A DNA stretch of 64,000 bases, from sequence record MN988522.1; one strand, written 5' to 3'. The translations under genes were made by a program, and so were the position numbers. Numbering within the stretch: position 1 is the stretch's first letter; every line of letters starts with the position of its first letter. Of this stretch, positions 28,826 to 38,800 are shown one piece after another. A model generated the notes under the pieces. The model saw only the letters and a program-made list of their open reading frames with translations, was not told where the DNA came from and did no database searches.

Positions 28826-29179
28826 CTAAGGGTTAATCTTACTGTTCAAGGTCTGGATCTGTACCTTCAGATTATCATTCTCTAATTTAAGATCACTGAT
28901 TTCATCTAGAAGAAACTTAACTTGCATCTCTAATTTGGCACTATCTGCAATAGCCTTGTTACGCTCTTCATTCAGCTTGTCAGTTCTAGCTTCAAGTTCT
29001 AGTACTCTTTTAACGAGACTATCTCTGTAACTATCAAATGACTCCGTGGCACGATCATCTCTCAGATCTCGCTTAACCATACGGAATGCTTTGTAAGAAC
29101 CTCCAATTATTAGAGCAGCACACGATCCGACTGCAGCCCAGAATCCTCCTGAAGCATCGGTCGGTAAAAAGTCCACCAT
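28826..29179 (-). CDS. Membrane-anchored coiled-coil protein (holin/antiholin-like)
   Basis: One N-terminal TM segment plus a long coiled coil, immediately upstream of the endolysin. Confidence 0.5.
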   Translation of the reverse strand: MVDFLPTDASGGFWAAVGSCAALIIGGSYKAFRMVKRDLRDDRATESFDSYRDSLVKRVLELEARTDKLNEERNKAIADSAKLEMQVKFLLDEISDLKLENDNLKVQIQTLNSKINP

Positions 29180-29181
29180 GG

Positions 29182-29643
29182 CTATTCTCCAACAGATTTA
29201 TCGATTTTATTTTTATCAAATCTTAAGAAGTCCCACCAAGCAGCAACCATAACAATTGCAGTATCCATTACTGCAGCAGCTGGAGGATATTTAGAGCTGA
29301 TACAGGATAGAGATACAAATGTCCATACTGCACATGAAAAGAATTTGATGAGGAGTTCAAATTTGAATGTCTTCTTACTCGATACACGATAAAATCTCCA
29401 CAATTGAATCGATGCGAGAAAGAAGAATAGCAATACCCATTGAATCTCAGACAGGATAGAACTCATTAATCCGTAGACAGGTCTGTCAGGACTCATTGTC
29501 TGTCCAGGTAAAGCTAATGAAATTGCCCAGAGATATCCTGACATAATCGAACAGATTATGGCAGGACTTGTGTCAGCATTTTTAACTGTTGATGAGAATG
29601 CATAATATATCTCAAATATATTATTTTTAAAATGGCTTAACAT
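29182..29643 (-). CDS. Multi-TM membrane protein
   Basis: Several hydrophobic segments; start moved to MLSHFK at 29643 (TGATG overlap with the upstream stop). Confidence 0.6.
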   Translation of the reverse strand: MLSHFKNNIFEIYYAFSSTVKNADTSPAIICSIMSGYLWAISLALPGQTMSPDRPVYGLMSSILSEIQWVLLFFFLASIQLWRFYRVSSKKTFKFELLIKFFSCAVWTFVSLSCISSKYPPAAAVMDTAIVMVAAWWDFLRFDKNKIDKSVGE

Positions 29644-30564
29644 CACAACTCCGCATCTAAGCTGAATGCAAACGTATTTGTAACCGAATGAGTAAAGTAC
29701 ATCCCAGTCGCGAATACTTGTGTATTTCCATTTGCAGCCGTACCAATCCATGAAATCGATGGAACTGTTCTCATTGGAGTTGGCGTGATATGGACTGTAT
29801 AGTTTCCAGAATTACCAACAGTTACAGGATATTTTATATAGTATCTGTAGCAGAGCAAAGTTTCAGTTATAAGTGGACGCTCATAGAATGGATCCGACTC
29901 ACTTGTGGCATCACCTTCAACTAGAGATACTCTAGCGATATCGAATGTCCCTGACTGTTGACCTAAGCTGACAGTATTCGCGTTCCAATTTGATCCTGCA
30001 TCGAACCAAAATCTTAACCCTAAATAATTATCAGGATTCGATCCTAAAGTTTTACCGCTGATCGACGGGATATTAACAGTATACGAGAATTTCTGCCAGC
30101 TAGTACTCAGAAGAACTTTCTTAGGAGCAAAATCAACATTCGATGAGGGAGATCCACCAGTACCGAATACTTGAACTAGATCTACAGCAATATTTTTAGC
30201 TGAGTCAGCCTTAGCATAAAATGTAATAGTAGCTCTCTTTCCGACGAGCGTTCGTACATTTTCAATCTTTTGATGCTTTAATACATAATTTCCTGCACCT
30301 GCAACTGATGTTACTACTGTTCTTGAGAAGTAAATCGGTTCGCCAGGTACTTCAGTCTGACCTACTGTAAATGGTTGCTGCGAATGAGTCTTTGTTGATC
30401 CTACATGAGTATTAGCCCATCTATCGTCAGATCCATAGTCTGCAGTTGTCTGAGAAGTAGCACGTTGCCAGATTCTAAAAATCACCATTAATAATTTTAT
30501 TTCTTGATGGATCTGAGATCGGTATACTAGCTCGACCTGCTAATAATGTATTTTTACTAGTCAT
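29643..30564 (-). CDS. Tail-fibre/receptor-binding protein interrupted by a +1 frameshift (programmed, phase-variable or sequencing error)
   Basis: GAGGA SD and ATG at 30564 give MTSKNTLL..RNKIINGDF-TAG (stop 30475-30477); the +1 frame continues RIWQRATSQ..GSDDRW; the paralog 32431-33483 reads RNKIINGDFDIWQRGTSQ without a break. Confidence 0.8.
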
Positions 30565-30584
30565 TTAATTATCCTCAGGTCCGA

Positions 30585-31892
30585 TCAGAATTCCCACATC
30601 ACATTAGCATTACCTGTCATCGTAGGAGTACCACTAACAGTAGTTAATCTTAGTGATGCTAACTCACCTGGTAGTGTGACTTGAGCATTACCTCGAGAGT
30701 TACCACTACCTTGATAAGTTCCATCCACTGTCATCATCCAAGTACTAGCACCTGCCGATCCAGTTACTCTGTTAATGACTACAGTTACTGATGCATAAGC
30801 ATTGACTGTAGTTCCACTAACAAAATTTAATCCTAGTGTATTCATAACAGCACTACTCATACTACTAGCACCTAAATTAGTAATAACTCCAGTGTAGCCT
30901 GTAGTAACAATGCCAGTTGAAATTCCTAGTTGAAGAATTGGTGTCTGATTAGCACTTAATGTTAATGTAGGAATTAGAACAGTGACTCTATTAATTGCAG
31001 GTGGTAAATTAGGCCAATCTATAAATGTACCGGATAGAGTGGTTACTGCATTTCTCTTTAGACCTTTAGTAGTCTGGAGATTTACAACATCATTAGTAAG
31101 ATTAGTTAGATTGATTGTTGCAATATCGACGGGAGCATTATATGCTTTGATCCAGTAAGTAACTGTAATGTTAGTAGGACGAGTTTCAGATGCAGTACGA
31201 GGAGTACCATTAACACCGTCGGTGACAGGATCACCTGTACTTCTTGATCCGCTACCATATGAGTTAGGATCATTTGAACCTGCTTGGACAATACCTGTAG
31301 TTGTCGATACGTTACTAACTACAAATCTATGACCTTGGAATGCATCTTGTTGAGTTGATCCAAATACGCGGCCTGAGTCCACAGTCTGACCAGGAGTCCA
31401 TCCACGCATGAAGTAACCGCCCATATCAGGTAGGAGTGGATCTCCGTTTCCATTCAATGGTCGACCAATCGTGATTAAGTGAGCTCTGAGTTCAGGATAT
31501 GTACTCGTAACTGCTGCACCATTCATCAGTAGGCATCCAGGAGGAGGCGTCGTGTCACTACCAAACATAGTAACAATCTCACCTACTCTACGTCCAACAG
31601 ATGCCTGAAGATCAGATACTGACTTAGTTATAGCAGTCGATCCATATGATCTAATGACAACATTGTCATTAGCATTTCGACCATCAATTAAAGTAACAGT
31701 TGATGGAGTAGCGAATACAATATCTGACTGGAGAATTAAGATACCATTGATAAAGATATCGTAATTGTAAGGATCTATACTTAAAATTCTGCCGTCATTT
31801 GAGACGCCACTGAATACAGTTTGACCCTCGGTCGCAGTAAATGAATAGTCAGATCGAGCTACTAAATTTGGTCTATTTCCGAGATAGGTCAT
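30585..31892 (-). CDS. Tail fibre protein with tail-collar domain
   Basis: VGEIVTMF..PPGCLLMNG..LPDMGGYFMRGW..GSTQQDAFQGH..ETRPTNI tail-collar pattern. Confidence 0.8.
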   Translation of the reverse strand: MTYLGNRPNLVARSDYSFTATEGQTVFSGVSNDGRILSIDPYNYDIFINGILILQSDIVFATPSTVTLIDGRNANDNVVIRSYGSTAITKSVSDLQASVGRRVGEIVTMFGSDTTPPPGCLLMNGAAVTSTYPELRAHLITIGRPLNGNGDPLLPDMGGYFMRGWTPGQTVDSGRVFGSTQQDAFQGHRFVVSNVSTTTGIVQAGSNDPNSYGSGSRSTGDPVTDGVNGTPRTASETRPTNITVTYWIKAYNAPVDIATINLTNLTNDVVNLQTTKGLKRNAVTTLSGTFIDWPNLPPAINRVTVLIPTLTLSANQTPILQLGISTGIVTTGYTGVITNLGASSMSSAVMNTLGLNFVSGTTVNAYASVTVVINRVTGSAGASTWMMTVDGTYQGSGNSRGNAQVTLPGELASLRLTTVSGTPTMTGNANVMWEF

Positions 31893-31909
31893 TGATCAAA
31901 ATCCAATTA

Positions 31910-32416
31910 TTAATCAGTCCAGTATTCATCGTCTGCAAAATTATAAGGAATAGGATCCATTGCTTTAATCGTCCAGGATTTGTCGTAAAGATACGATACA
32001 TATGCAGTGGACTTTAAGAATAATTCAACGATTTGACCAGGAGTAAGATTCTGGGTTGCATTATTGGCGTCTCTAAAAGGTGTAATTGTTGTTGTGTCAC
32101 CTGTAGAGATCCTACTTGTAGCTACTGAGAATAGTGATTGAAGATTTCTGGTATCTTGTGTTGTACCTGTAATAGGTATAGATCCTACTCCAGTTACTTC
32201 AATCGAGATTCCTTTAGAAATACGTCTCTCACGTTCTGCATTAATTTGATCTGAGGTAGGTCTAGGTGGAATGTAAGGAGAAATCTCATTACCTTGACTC
32301 TCCCACTCAAGAACCATTTGACGATAACGATTTCCCATATCGTCTGGAATAATTACAGTCTGACCGTCAATATCCGCTTGGATCGACCCATTTTCTAAGT
32401 ATTTTACATTTTCCAT
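31910..32416 (-). CDS. Tail-fibre assembly/chaperone-like protein (DUF4376-like)
   Basis: IPDDMGNRYRQ..W..GNEISPY..INAERERRI..FRDANN pattern. Confidence 0.6.
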   Translation of the reverse strand: MENVKYLENGSIQADIDGQTVIIPDDMGNRYRQMVLEWESQGNEISPYIPPRPTSDQINAERERRISKGISIEVTGVGSIPITGTTQDTRNLQSLFSVATSRISTGDTTTITPFRDANNATQNLTPGQIVELFLKSTAYVSYLYDKSWTIKAMDPIPYNFADDEYWTD

Positions 32417-32430
32417 CTGATTCTCTTTAA

Positions 32431-33483
32431 TTATAATTCAGCGTCAGCTGTAAATTGGAACTGATAAAATCCACTTTGATTTGTTGCATTAGCAGTTAGA
32501 TATACTCTGCATCTATCGGCATTCAAGTCATCAGTAGTTGGCGTACTACTAGGAAAACTATTAACACTGATTATAGTAAGTCCAAGTGTAGGAGCAGTTC
32601 TCATTGTTACAGGAAAATATAACATCGTAGTATATGTAGCACCTGAAATCGTATCACCTTGCCATGTAACTGCATTTAATGATTTTGTGTAGTACCGATA
32701 GCACAGTCTGATTTCATCACCTAGATGTCTTTTTGAAAAAGGGTCAGTTTCATATTGAGCGTCACCCTCTACTACAGATACATGAGATAGATCAAATGTT
32801 CCAGACTGTTGACCTAAGTTACTTGCTCGACTCGCAAGAGTCGATCCAGCATCAAACCAGAAGTTGAGTATTAGTGTATGATTGCTATCACTTCCTAGAA
32901 TTTTTCCTGAAATCGATGGGAGAGTTACAAGTATAGAGTATCTCTTCCATGATGATGTAAGAGATACTAGACCTAGTGGGATCGAAACTGAAGTTGATGG
33001 TGATCCACCACTACCAAAACTTTGGTAAAATTCTAGAGCAATATTACGATTAGTATCAGCTTTAGCGTAAAATGTAACTGTAACTGTTTTGTTAGCTAGA
33101 AAATGAACACCTTCTATAGCTTGTGATTTTACAGCATAATTTCCAGAACCTGCTACAGAGGCTACAACTGTACGACTGAAGTAAGACGGATTATTTGGAA
33201 CTTCAGTATGACCCAATGTGAATGACTGCCTGGATGCAGTTTTAGTAGTTCCGATATTCAGATTCATCCATCGATCATCAGATCCGTAACCAGAAGATGT
33301 CTGAGAAGTGCCTCGTTGCCATATATCAAAGTCACCGTTGATAATCTTATTTCTGAAACCTGGCAGATTATCAACTAGTAGATTAGCACGTGATTTAGGT
33401 AGTGAAATTAAGTCGCTTAGATTATTAGAACTGTCTAATTTACCATAAGCAACTTCAGGAGTTTCTGCTCCAATATATGACAT
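32431..33483 (-). CDS. Tail-fibre/receptor-binding protein with carbohydrate-binding-like beta-sandwich
   Basis: FRNKIINGDFDIWQRG..DRW..TVTFYAK..CYRYY domain; begins MSYIG. Confidence 0.7.
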   Translation of the reverse strand: MSYIGAETPEVAYGKLDSSNNLSDLISLPKSRANLLVDNLPGFRNKIINGDFDIWQRGTSQTSSGYGSDDRWMNLNIGTTKTASRQSFTLGHTEVPNNPSYFSRTVVASVAGSGNYAVKSQAIEGVHFLANKTVTVTFYAKADTNRNIALEFYQSFGSGGSPSTSVSIPLGLVSLTSSWKRYSILVTLPSISGKILGSDSNHTLILNFWFDAGSTLASRASNLGQQSGTFDLSHVSVVEGDAQYETDPFSKRHLGDEIRLCYRYYTKSLNAVTWQGDTISGATYTTMLYFPVTMRTAPTLGLTIISVNSFPSSTPTTDDLNADRCRVYLTANATNQSGFYQFQFTADAEL

Positions 33484-33815
33484 TAACTACTCTCCATCAA
33501 AGATACATAAGCATCAATCGATGCAGCTGTACTGGATACAATATATAAAGAATATCCTGGCATCAATACAAGTTTCTGATCTCCACCTACAAGTACAAGA
33601 GATGACCCTTGAATAATCGGAGCATTCTTAACAATATAAATATTGTTAGTTCCATCGTTGACATACACGTCGACATTTACAGATGCGATCAGTAGGTTAG
33701 CGACTGAAAATCCGATAACTGTAGCTGTAGTACTAGCAGGTACGTTGTAATTAGAAATCTTAACAGGAGTCGTACCGATTACTCTACTGTTAATAGATTT
33801 AAATACAGTAGCCAT
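33483..33815 (-). CDS. Small beta-rich tail-fibre adaptor protein
   Basis: YNVPASTTATVIG..ANL..GSSL..KLVL pattern common beside phage fibre genes. Confidence 0.55.
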   Translation of the reverse strand: MATVFKSINSRVIGTTPVKISNYNVPASTTATVIGFSVANLLIASVNVDVYVNDGTNNIYIVKNAPIIQGSSLVLVGGDQKLVLMPGYSLYIVSSTAASIDAYVSLMESS

Positions 33816-33819
33816 TTTA

Positions 33820-34050
33820 TTATCCTAACGCAATAGCCATAGCAATTGCAGTTGAAGTATCCGATACAGAATTTGCATCAATTGCAGTAGATAGTTCTGC
33901 AAGTGTATCACGACTAGCAGGTGCACTACCTTTGATTGTATTGATCTTATCTGTTACAACAGTATTAACAAATTCTGTCGTAGCTACTCGGCTGGAACTA
34001 TTATTATTCTCAGCAGTTATTCCGACGAATGGTGGAACTGATAGTGGCAT
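33820..34050 (-). CDS. Short tail-fibre-related protein
   Basis: RVATTEFV..SAP..DTLAEL and C-terminal AIAMAIALG. Confidence 0.55.
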   Translation of the reverse strand: MPLSVPPFVGITAENNNSSSRVATTEFVNTVVTDKINTIKGSAPASRDTLAELSTAIDANSVSDTSTAIAMAIALG

Positions 34051-34054
34051 TGTA

Positions 34055-34837
34055 TTATCCTCTAATCCCTTCTAGAACAATATTTCCAGTGATGTTACCT
34101 GCAGATGCAATAAATCTAATAGCATTTTGACTACCTGTTAAAGTAGCTGACTTAGACGCTAGTGTAACTCCTGCATGCAAGCTACTTGTAACTAGTCCTG
34201 TAAAGTGGGTAATCATATACTTGATAGTTGATGCTTTATTAAGATTAGTCAACGTTGCAGTAATCAGAGAAGGATCATTAGCCAATGTAGTAACTGTCAT
34301 TTGATAACCAACTGCAGTACTTGAGGTACCATTTACAACTGCTGTACTATATCCATAATAAGCCAAAGAGTGATTTCCACTCGTTGTGAATGTCGATCCG
34401 TTATCTGAACTTAATTGAATAAATCCTAAACCACCTGAAGTCAGTGCCAAGTCACCAGTAATTCTCAGAGTTTTAAATGCTACTAGATTAGTAATAGGAA
34501 AGTTTGCAACGTTAGTAAATGAGTAGGATCCAATAAGTTCCCAGGCATTAGGTCTAAATACTTTCGTACCAGTCCCATCACCTACTGCTATAGAGTTATC
34601 GTCGGTATCCCACTCCATCACACCTTCTTCGGTTGGAAGTGATGATGTGCTTTGAGTGAGAATAATCTTAGGACTCGATAAAGTTTTATTAGTAAGTGTT
34701 TCAGATCCAGTCAAGGATGCTTTGGCATCTAAACTTGACTGAACAGTTGATGCGACTGCCTTTGTAGCTAGTGCGTCTTTAATCGAGGAGTTAGATCCTC
34801 GTAATGCTTCAATTGAGTCTCTAACTTTGCTCGACAT
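34055..34837 (-). CDS. Tail-fibre-related protein
   Basis: ETLTNKTL repeat, EGVMEWDTD..IAVGDG, C-terminal beta domain ending VLEGIR. Confidence 0.55.
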   Translation of the reverse strand: MSSKVRDSIEALRGSNSSIKDALATKAVASTVQSSLDAKASLTGSETLTNKTLSSPKIILTQSTSSLPTEEGVMEWDTDDNSIAVGDGTGTKVFRPNAWELIGSYSFTNVANFPITNLVAFKTLRITGDLALTSGGLGFIQLSSDNGSTFTTSGNHSLAYYGYSTAVVNGTSSTAVGYQMTVTTLANDPSLITATLTNLNKASTIKYMITHFTGLVTSSLHAGVTLASKSATLTGSQNAIRFIASAGNITGNIVLEGIRG

Positions 34838-34838
34838 A

Positions 34839-35531
34839 TTAAGTACTTTCTGAGAATACTACAACATCCACTACGTCACCTAGAGTTAAAGCAGGTGTGA
34901 ATGTTATAAGAGTAGCTTCTATAACATAATCAGTACCAGCTACAATCTTCATACCGTTGACCCATACCATAACGATTTTATTTAGGAATGAACCATTGAA
35001 TGTCGATTGACCTGCTACTGCTGTGAATGATGATGAACCGTCAAAACTGAGAGATGTTGGAGTATAAAGAATCGTTAGATTTGATTCTTTACATGTAAAC
35101 TGATCACCTGTGGTACCGTAAACATACATCTTACCAGGGTTAATCATATAGGATGGCATTTCGTAAAGTGCATAAGGAGGTAATATAATACTACCAGCAC
35201 CTAATGTGGCAGGTGAGTCAAAATTGATCGCCATCACATTTTGTTGACTCAAATTCTGAAATGTAAGTCCTGATCGATTAAAGTTCGTATCAACAACCAT
35301 CGAGTTGGTAGTGTTAATAGCTCTACTGTAATCTATCCAACTAGTTAGATTAGCCTTTGTACGGATCAGCTCATTTTCACCGATCGTAACATTCAAAGGA
35401 TTAGTTTCACTAACTGGTACTCCATCAGGAGTCGAAGGAACGTGCTGATGGACATGAATCCCACCCGTTTCAATCGAACGGAATGTCTTCATATTACCAG
35501 AAGCGTCTACAACATTATAATTATTGCTCAC
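34839..35531 (-). CDS. Virion structural protein (fibre/baseplate-associated)
   Basis: C-terminal FTAVAGQSTF..VWVNG..GTDY module resembles the N-terminal module of 30585-31892. Confidence 0.5.
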   Translation of the reverse strand: MSNNYNVVDASGNMKTFRSIETGGIHVHQHVPSTPDGVPVSETNPLNVTIGENELIRTKANLTSWIDYSRAINTTNSMVVDTNFNRSGLTFQNLSQQNVMAINFDSPATLGAGSIILPPYALYEMPSYMINPGKMYVYGTTGDQFTCKESNLTILYTPTSLSFDGSSSFTAVAGQSTFNGSFLNKIVMVWVNGMKIVAGTDYVIEATLITFTPALTLGDVVDVVVFSEST

Positions 35532-35549
35532 TTTAATACTCCTGAAGAG

Positions 35550-35580
35550 AAGGAGATAGGATCTAAGATCCTATCTCCTT
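35550..35580. terminator. Perfect intergenic hairpin
   Basis: AAGGAGATAGGATC-TAA-GATCCTATCTCCTT, 14-bp stem. Confidence 0.6.
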
Positions 35581-35585
35581 ATGTC

Positions 35586-35813
35586 TTAGACTTCGTCCCA
35601 GGTAAACTCACCCTTGTATCTAAATCTCTTACCAGTATCGTTTTCGACAACAATTGTACCACGTACAGGATTCATTGTCTTACGATCTTCAGAAGATCTG
35701 TACAGAAGAGAAGGTTCACTTGCAGATACCTCTACGAATGTATGAGTGTACTCAATAACTCGCGTAGGATCTTCTTGTCCAAGTTCTGGTTTGACTTCAG
35801 TTTTCTTAGCCAT
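35586..35813 (-). CDS. Hypothetical protein
   Basis: Fits between DUF4815-like gene and hairpin, with AAGG upstream. Confidence 0.6.
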   Translation of the reverse strand: MAKKTEVKPELGQEDPTRVIEYTHTFVEVSASEPSLLYRSSEDRKTMNPVRGTIVVENDTGKRFRYKGEFTWDEV

Positions 35814-35822
35814 ATTTACACC

Positions 35823-38800
35823 TTAAGAGATTGTAAGTCTGATATTACGAATTGCAGGAGCAGTTGTAAAGTCAGTCTTGTCTAGAGTTAATCTCAGTCG
35901 ACTTGCGTTAGCAGCCAGACCTGTATACGTGTAGACTGAAGTCGTCCACTCGTTACCGATTTGAGTACTAGATACGAAAGTCATTGAGGCAAACGATGAG
36001 TTAGCCAACTGGACTGATGGTTGGAAGGTTGACCCTGTAGGAACATACTGATCGATAACGAGCTTGAGAGTCGCTGGCGTAGTAGATCCATTAGGAATGT
36101 CAAACTGACGAGAAGTATACGTACCAGGCTTAACAGGTGTTCCACCATATAAGCAGAGACCCTTTCCGATAATCGGAGACTTGTTAGTAGATGATGAGAT
36201 CATATCTACTTTAAGTAGAACCGTACCAGAAAGTGGGACTGTATAGAGAGGAATACCAGGAGTGATATCGTACTGAGTACCTGCTTGATCCTGAAGATAG
36301 AATCTTGCTGTTGTACTCTGAGGAACCGTAATCGTCTCGTCTGATAGAACCCAATCAGAGATTGAGGTCAATCCTGTTAGAGTTAGAAGTGTAGCTGTCG
36401 AAGTTCCACTAGTGTAGACAGCTTTTCTCAGAATCATCGTCAAGTCAGAGTCCTGGAATGCAGTCCATGTAGACTCGTTAGCCGAGACCTGGAATACACC
36501 ACCATAAGGCTGCTGAGTGACACGCTTCTGAGTAAGCATATCATTGTAACCGAGTTTAGCAATACCTACTGAACCAGCAGGTTGAGATGTAAGTACAACA
36601 AGTGCCTTTTCATCACCTCGGGATACAGGAATTGGAGACTCGAATGAAATCTTATTCCAACCTGCTACAACACTAGCTTTCTTAATACGACCAGACTCTG
36701 ACTGCGTAGCAGATAAAGGAATACCGTATTCAGCTTCTGCTACCTTGGTAACGATATCGTCATCTGGCAGCTCTGTAACATACAGTGAAACTGATGTCAA
36801 GTCACCGTCATCTTCATCCAGAACGAATGTTTCAGCGATCGGATCGTAATAAACAACTTCAGTAGTAGCCGTCGTCATGACACGAAGGACCGCACTGGCA
36901 GTCGTATTACTTGACAGTCCTACACCTTTGATCTCGTAGTTGTTAGTAGGCGTACCTGCTGCAACTGAGAGGTTATAAGTGTAAGCACCGCTACCATCTG
37001 CTGTTACGTTCTGACTGATGGAACGATACGTAATATGAATCGTTTCACCTGGAGCAAATCCTAAGAATCGAGCCTGAACAGTTTCTGTCGTGATCGTACT
37101 AGTCTTAGTCTGAGACGTCAACGGAGTTGAGAACAGATCACGAATTGTATTCCAGACGTTCTTCTTCCAAGATCCTGTAGCAGATGGAATTGTACGATAC
37201 TGATACCAGATCGTAGTCTGCGTGATATTGGATGGAGTTAACTGGAGCTGACCAATAGGAGGTGCACCTGCAACTGCATAAGGATTGATCTTCTGACTAG
37301 TCGTAACTTGTGTCTGACTAATTACATCAGTTTCCGTGAATGGAAGAGTTGTAGTAGCAGATGTAACACCAAGTCTGTTGTATGTTGAATCAAGAATCAG
37401 AGATTCAAGATACAGAATCATATTGTTAGTAAGACCTAGGTCTTGCTTAACATTCGACTTCAAGTTATCAACGAACAGATTTCTCTTGTTAGTTGTCGGA
37501 TCTGTTGAACGTGCACTATCCATTAGCGATAGAGTTGCAACATTATCTTCAACTGAGAAGAGTCTTGATTTCAGACTATTCAATTCTGACTGCGGAATAT
37601 TAGTAACGGTATCTGCAGTAATTACAGGATTCGAACCATTGATCAATTCGATCGTGAACAGTGAAAGAGCATTGCTCAGATACTGCGGAGGATTATAAGT
37701 TGTATAACCTGGAGTACCTCTACTGATAACGAACTGCTTGTTCTCAGTAATACTGAGACGATCAATACGTTTCAAGAAGTAGTCGTAGTCAACGTAGAAC
37801 ACACTACCATTAACAAGAACGTTACTTGAATCAAGAACGACTCCTAGACCGTCACCTGAAATCGTAGGTACGAACGTCGAGATGTAAGTATAAGTTACAG
37901 TGTAGGTTGAACCTGGAGCAGGTTCAGCACCACCTGGAGACCAGTTAATACTATCACCTGATACAATGTAATCTGTGTTTACAACGTAAGTCGTACCACC
38001 TTGTGTAACGGATGATACTGCAAGAACTGGAGTATCTGGCAGTACGTCAATCGCTCCTGAGAAGCTACCGTGCGTAATCGTACGAGTTACAGACTTAGTA
38101 CCTTGAATACGAGTTACTGTATTGATCTTATTGTATCGAAGATTGTACGTTGCACTACCTGTGTAGGTATATGGTTCACCAGCTACTGCACGATTGTCAA
38201 CAACAGGGTCGAATAGAACCTTCTGCTGAGTTTCAATGATAACTGGTACACCATTCACACGAGCTTTACCAGAACTGATATTAACAATCGCAGAATTACT
38301 ACCATCGAATGAGTCAAACGATGCACTCATACCATAAAGAACAGTACTACCACGAGTTTCTCTATCGTACTGGTTAAGAAGCTTATTCATAACCAAGGAT
38401 ACATCATCAGTCTGACGAGAGATCGTCTGAATGACACCATCAACAATAGTGATAATCGGGAAGAATACTTCATCACCGGTTAGCTCACCTTGTGCGATCC
38501 ATCTTGCAGACATCTTCTCGCGCATAGCACCTGGCTGACCTACGTTAGGAGATGCAGGATCTGGCTCGAGAATGAGAGGATCTTCAAGTTCAGTGATGAG
38601 AACAGTCTTAGCAGCAACACCTACAACGTAGGTGCCAGTTGCAGTAATCGGAACTACTCGAGTAGGTACTTGAGCGGTTACACCATCAAGATATACCGTA
38701 GCATTCTTAAGAGTGATACCTGTAGTTGTAACAGCTTCAACTTCACCACCAGTAAGAATGCTACCGTTAGTGACAAGCTGAGTTAGAATGAGCTTTAGAT

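Noticed and set aside
29643-33483. Diversity-generating retroelement or invertase shufflon acting on the duplicated fibre genes
   Set aside because: No reverse transcriptase or recombinase in the window, no adenine-specific TR/VR pair and no inverted crossover sites; the differences look like ordinary divergence.
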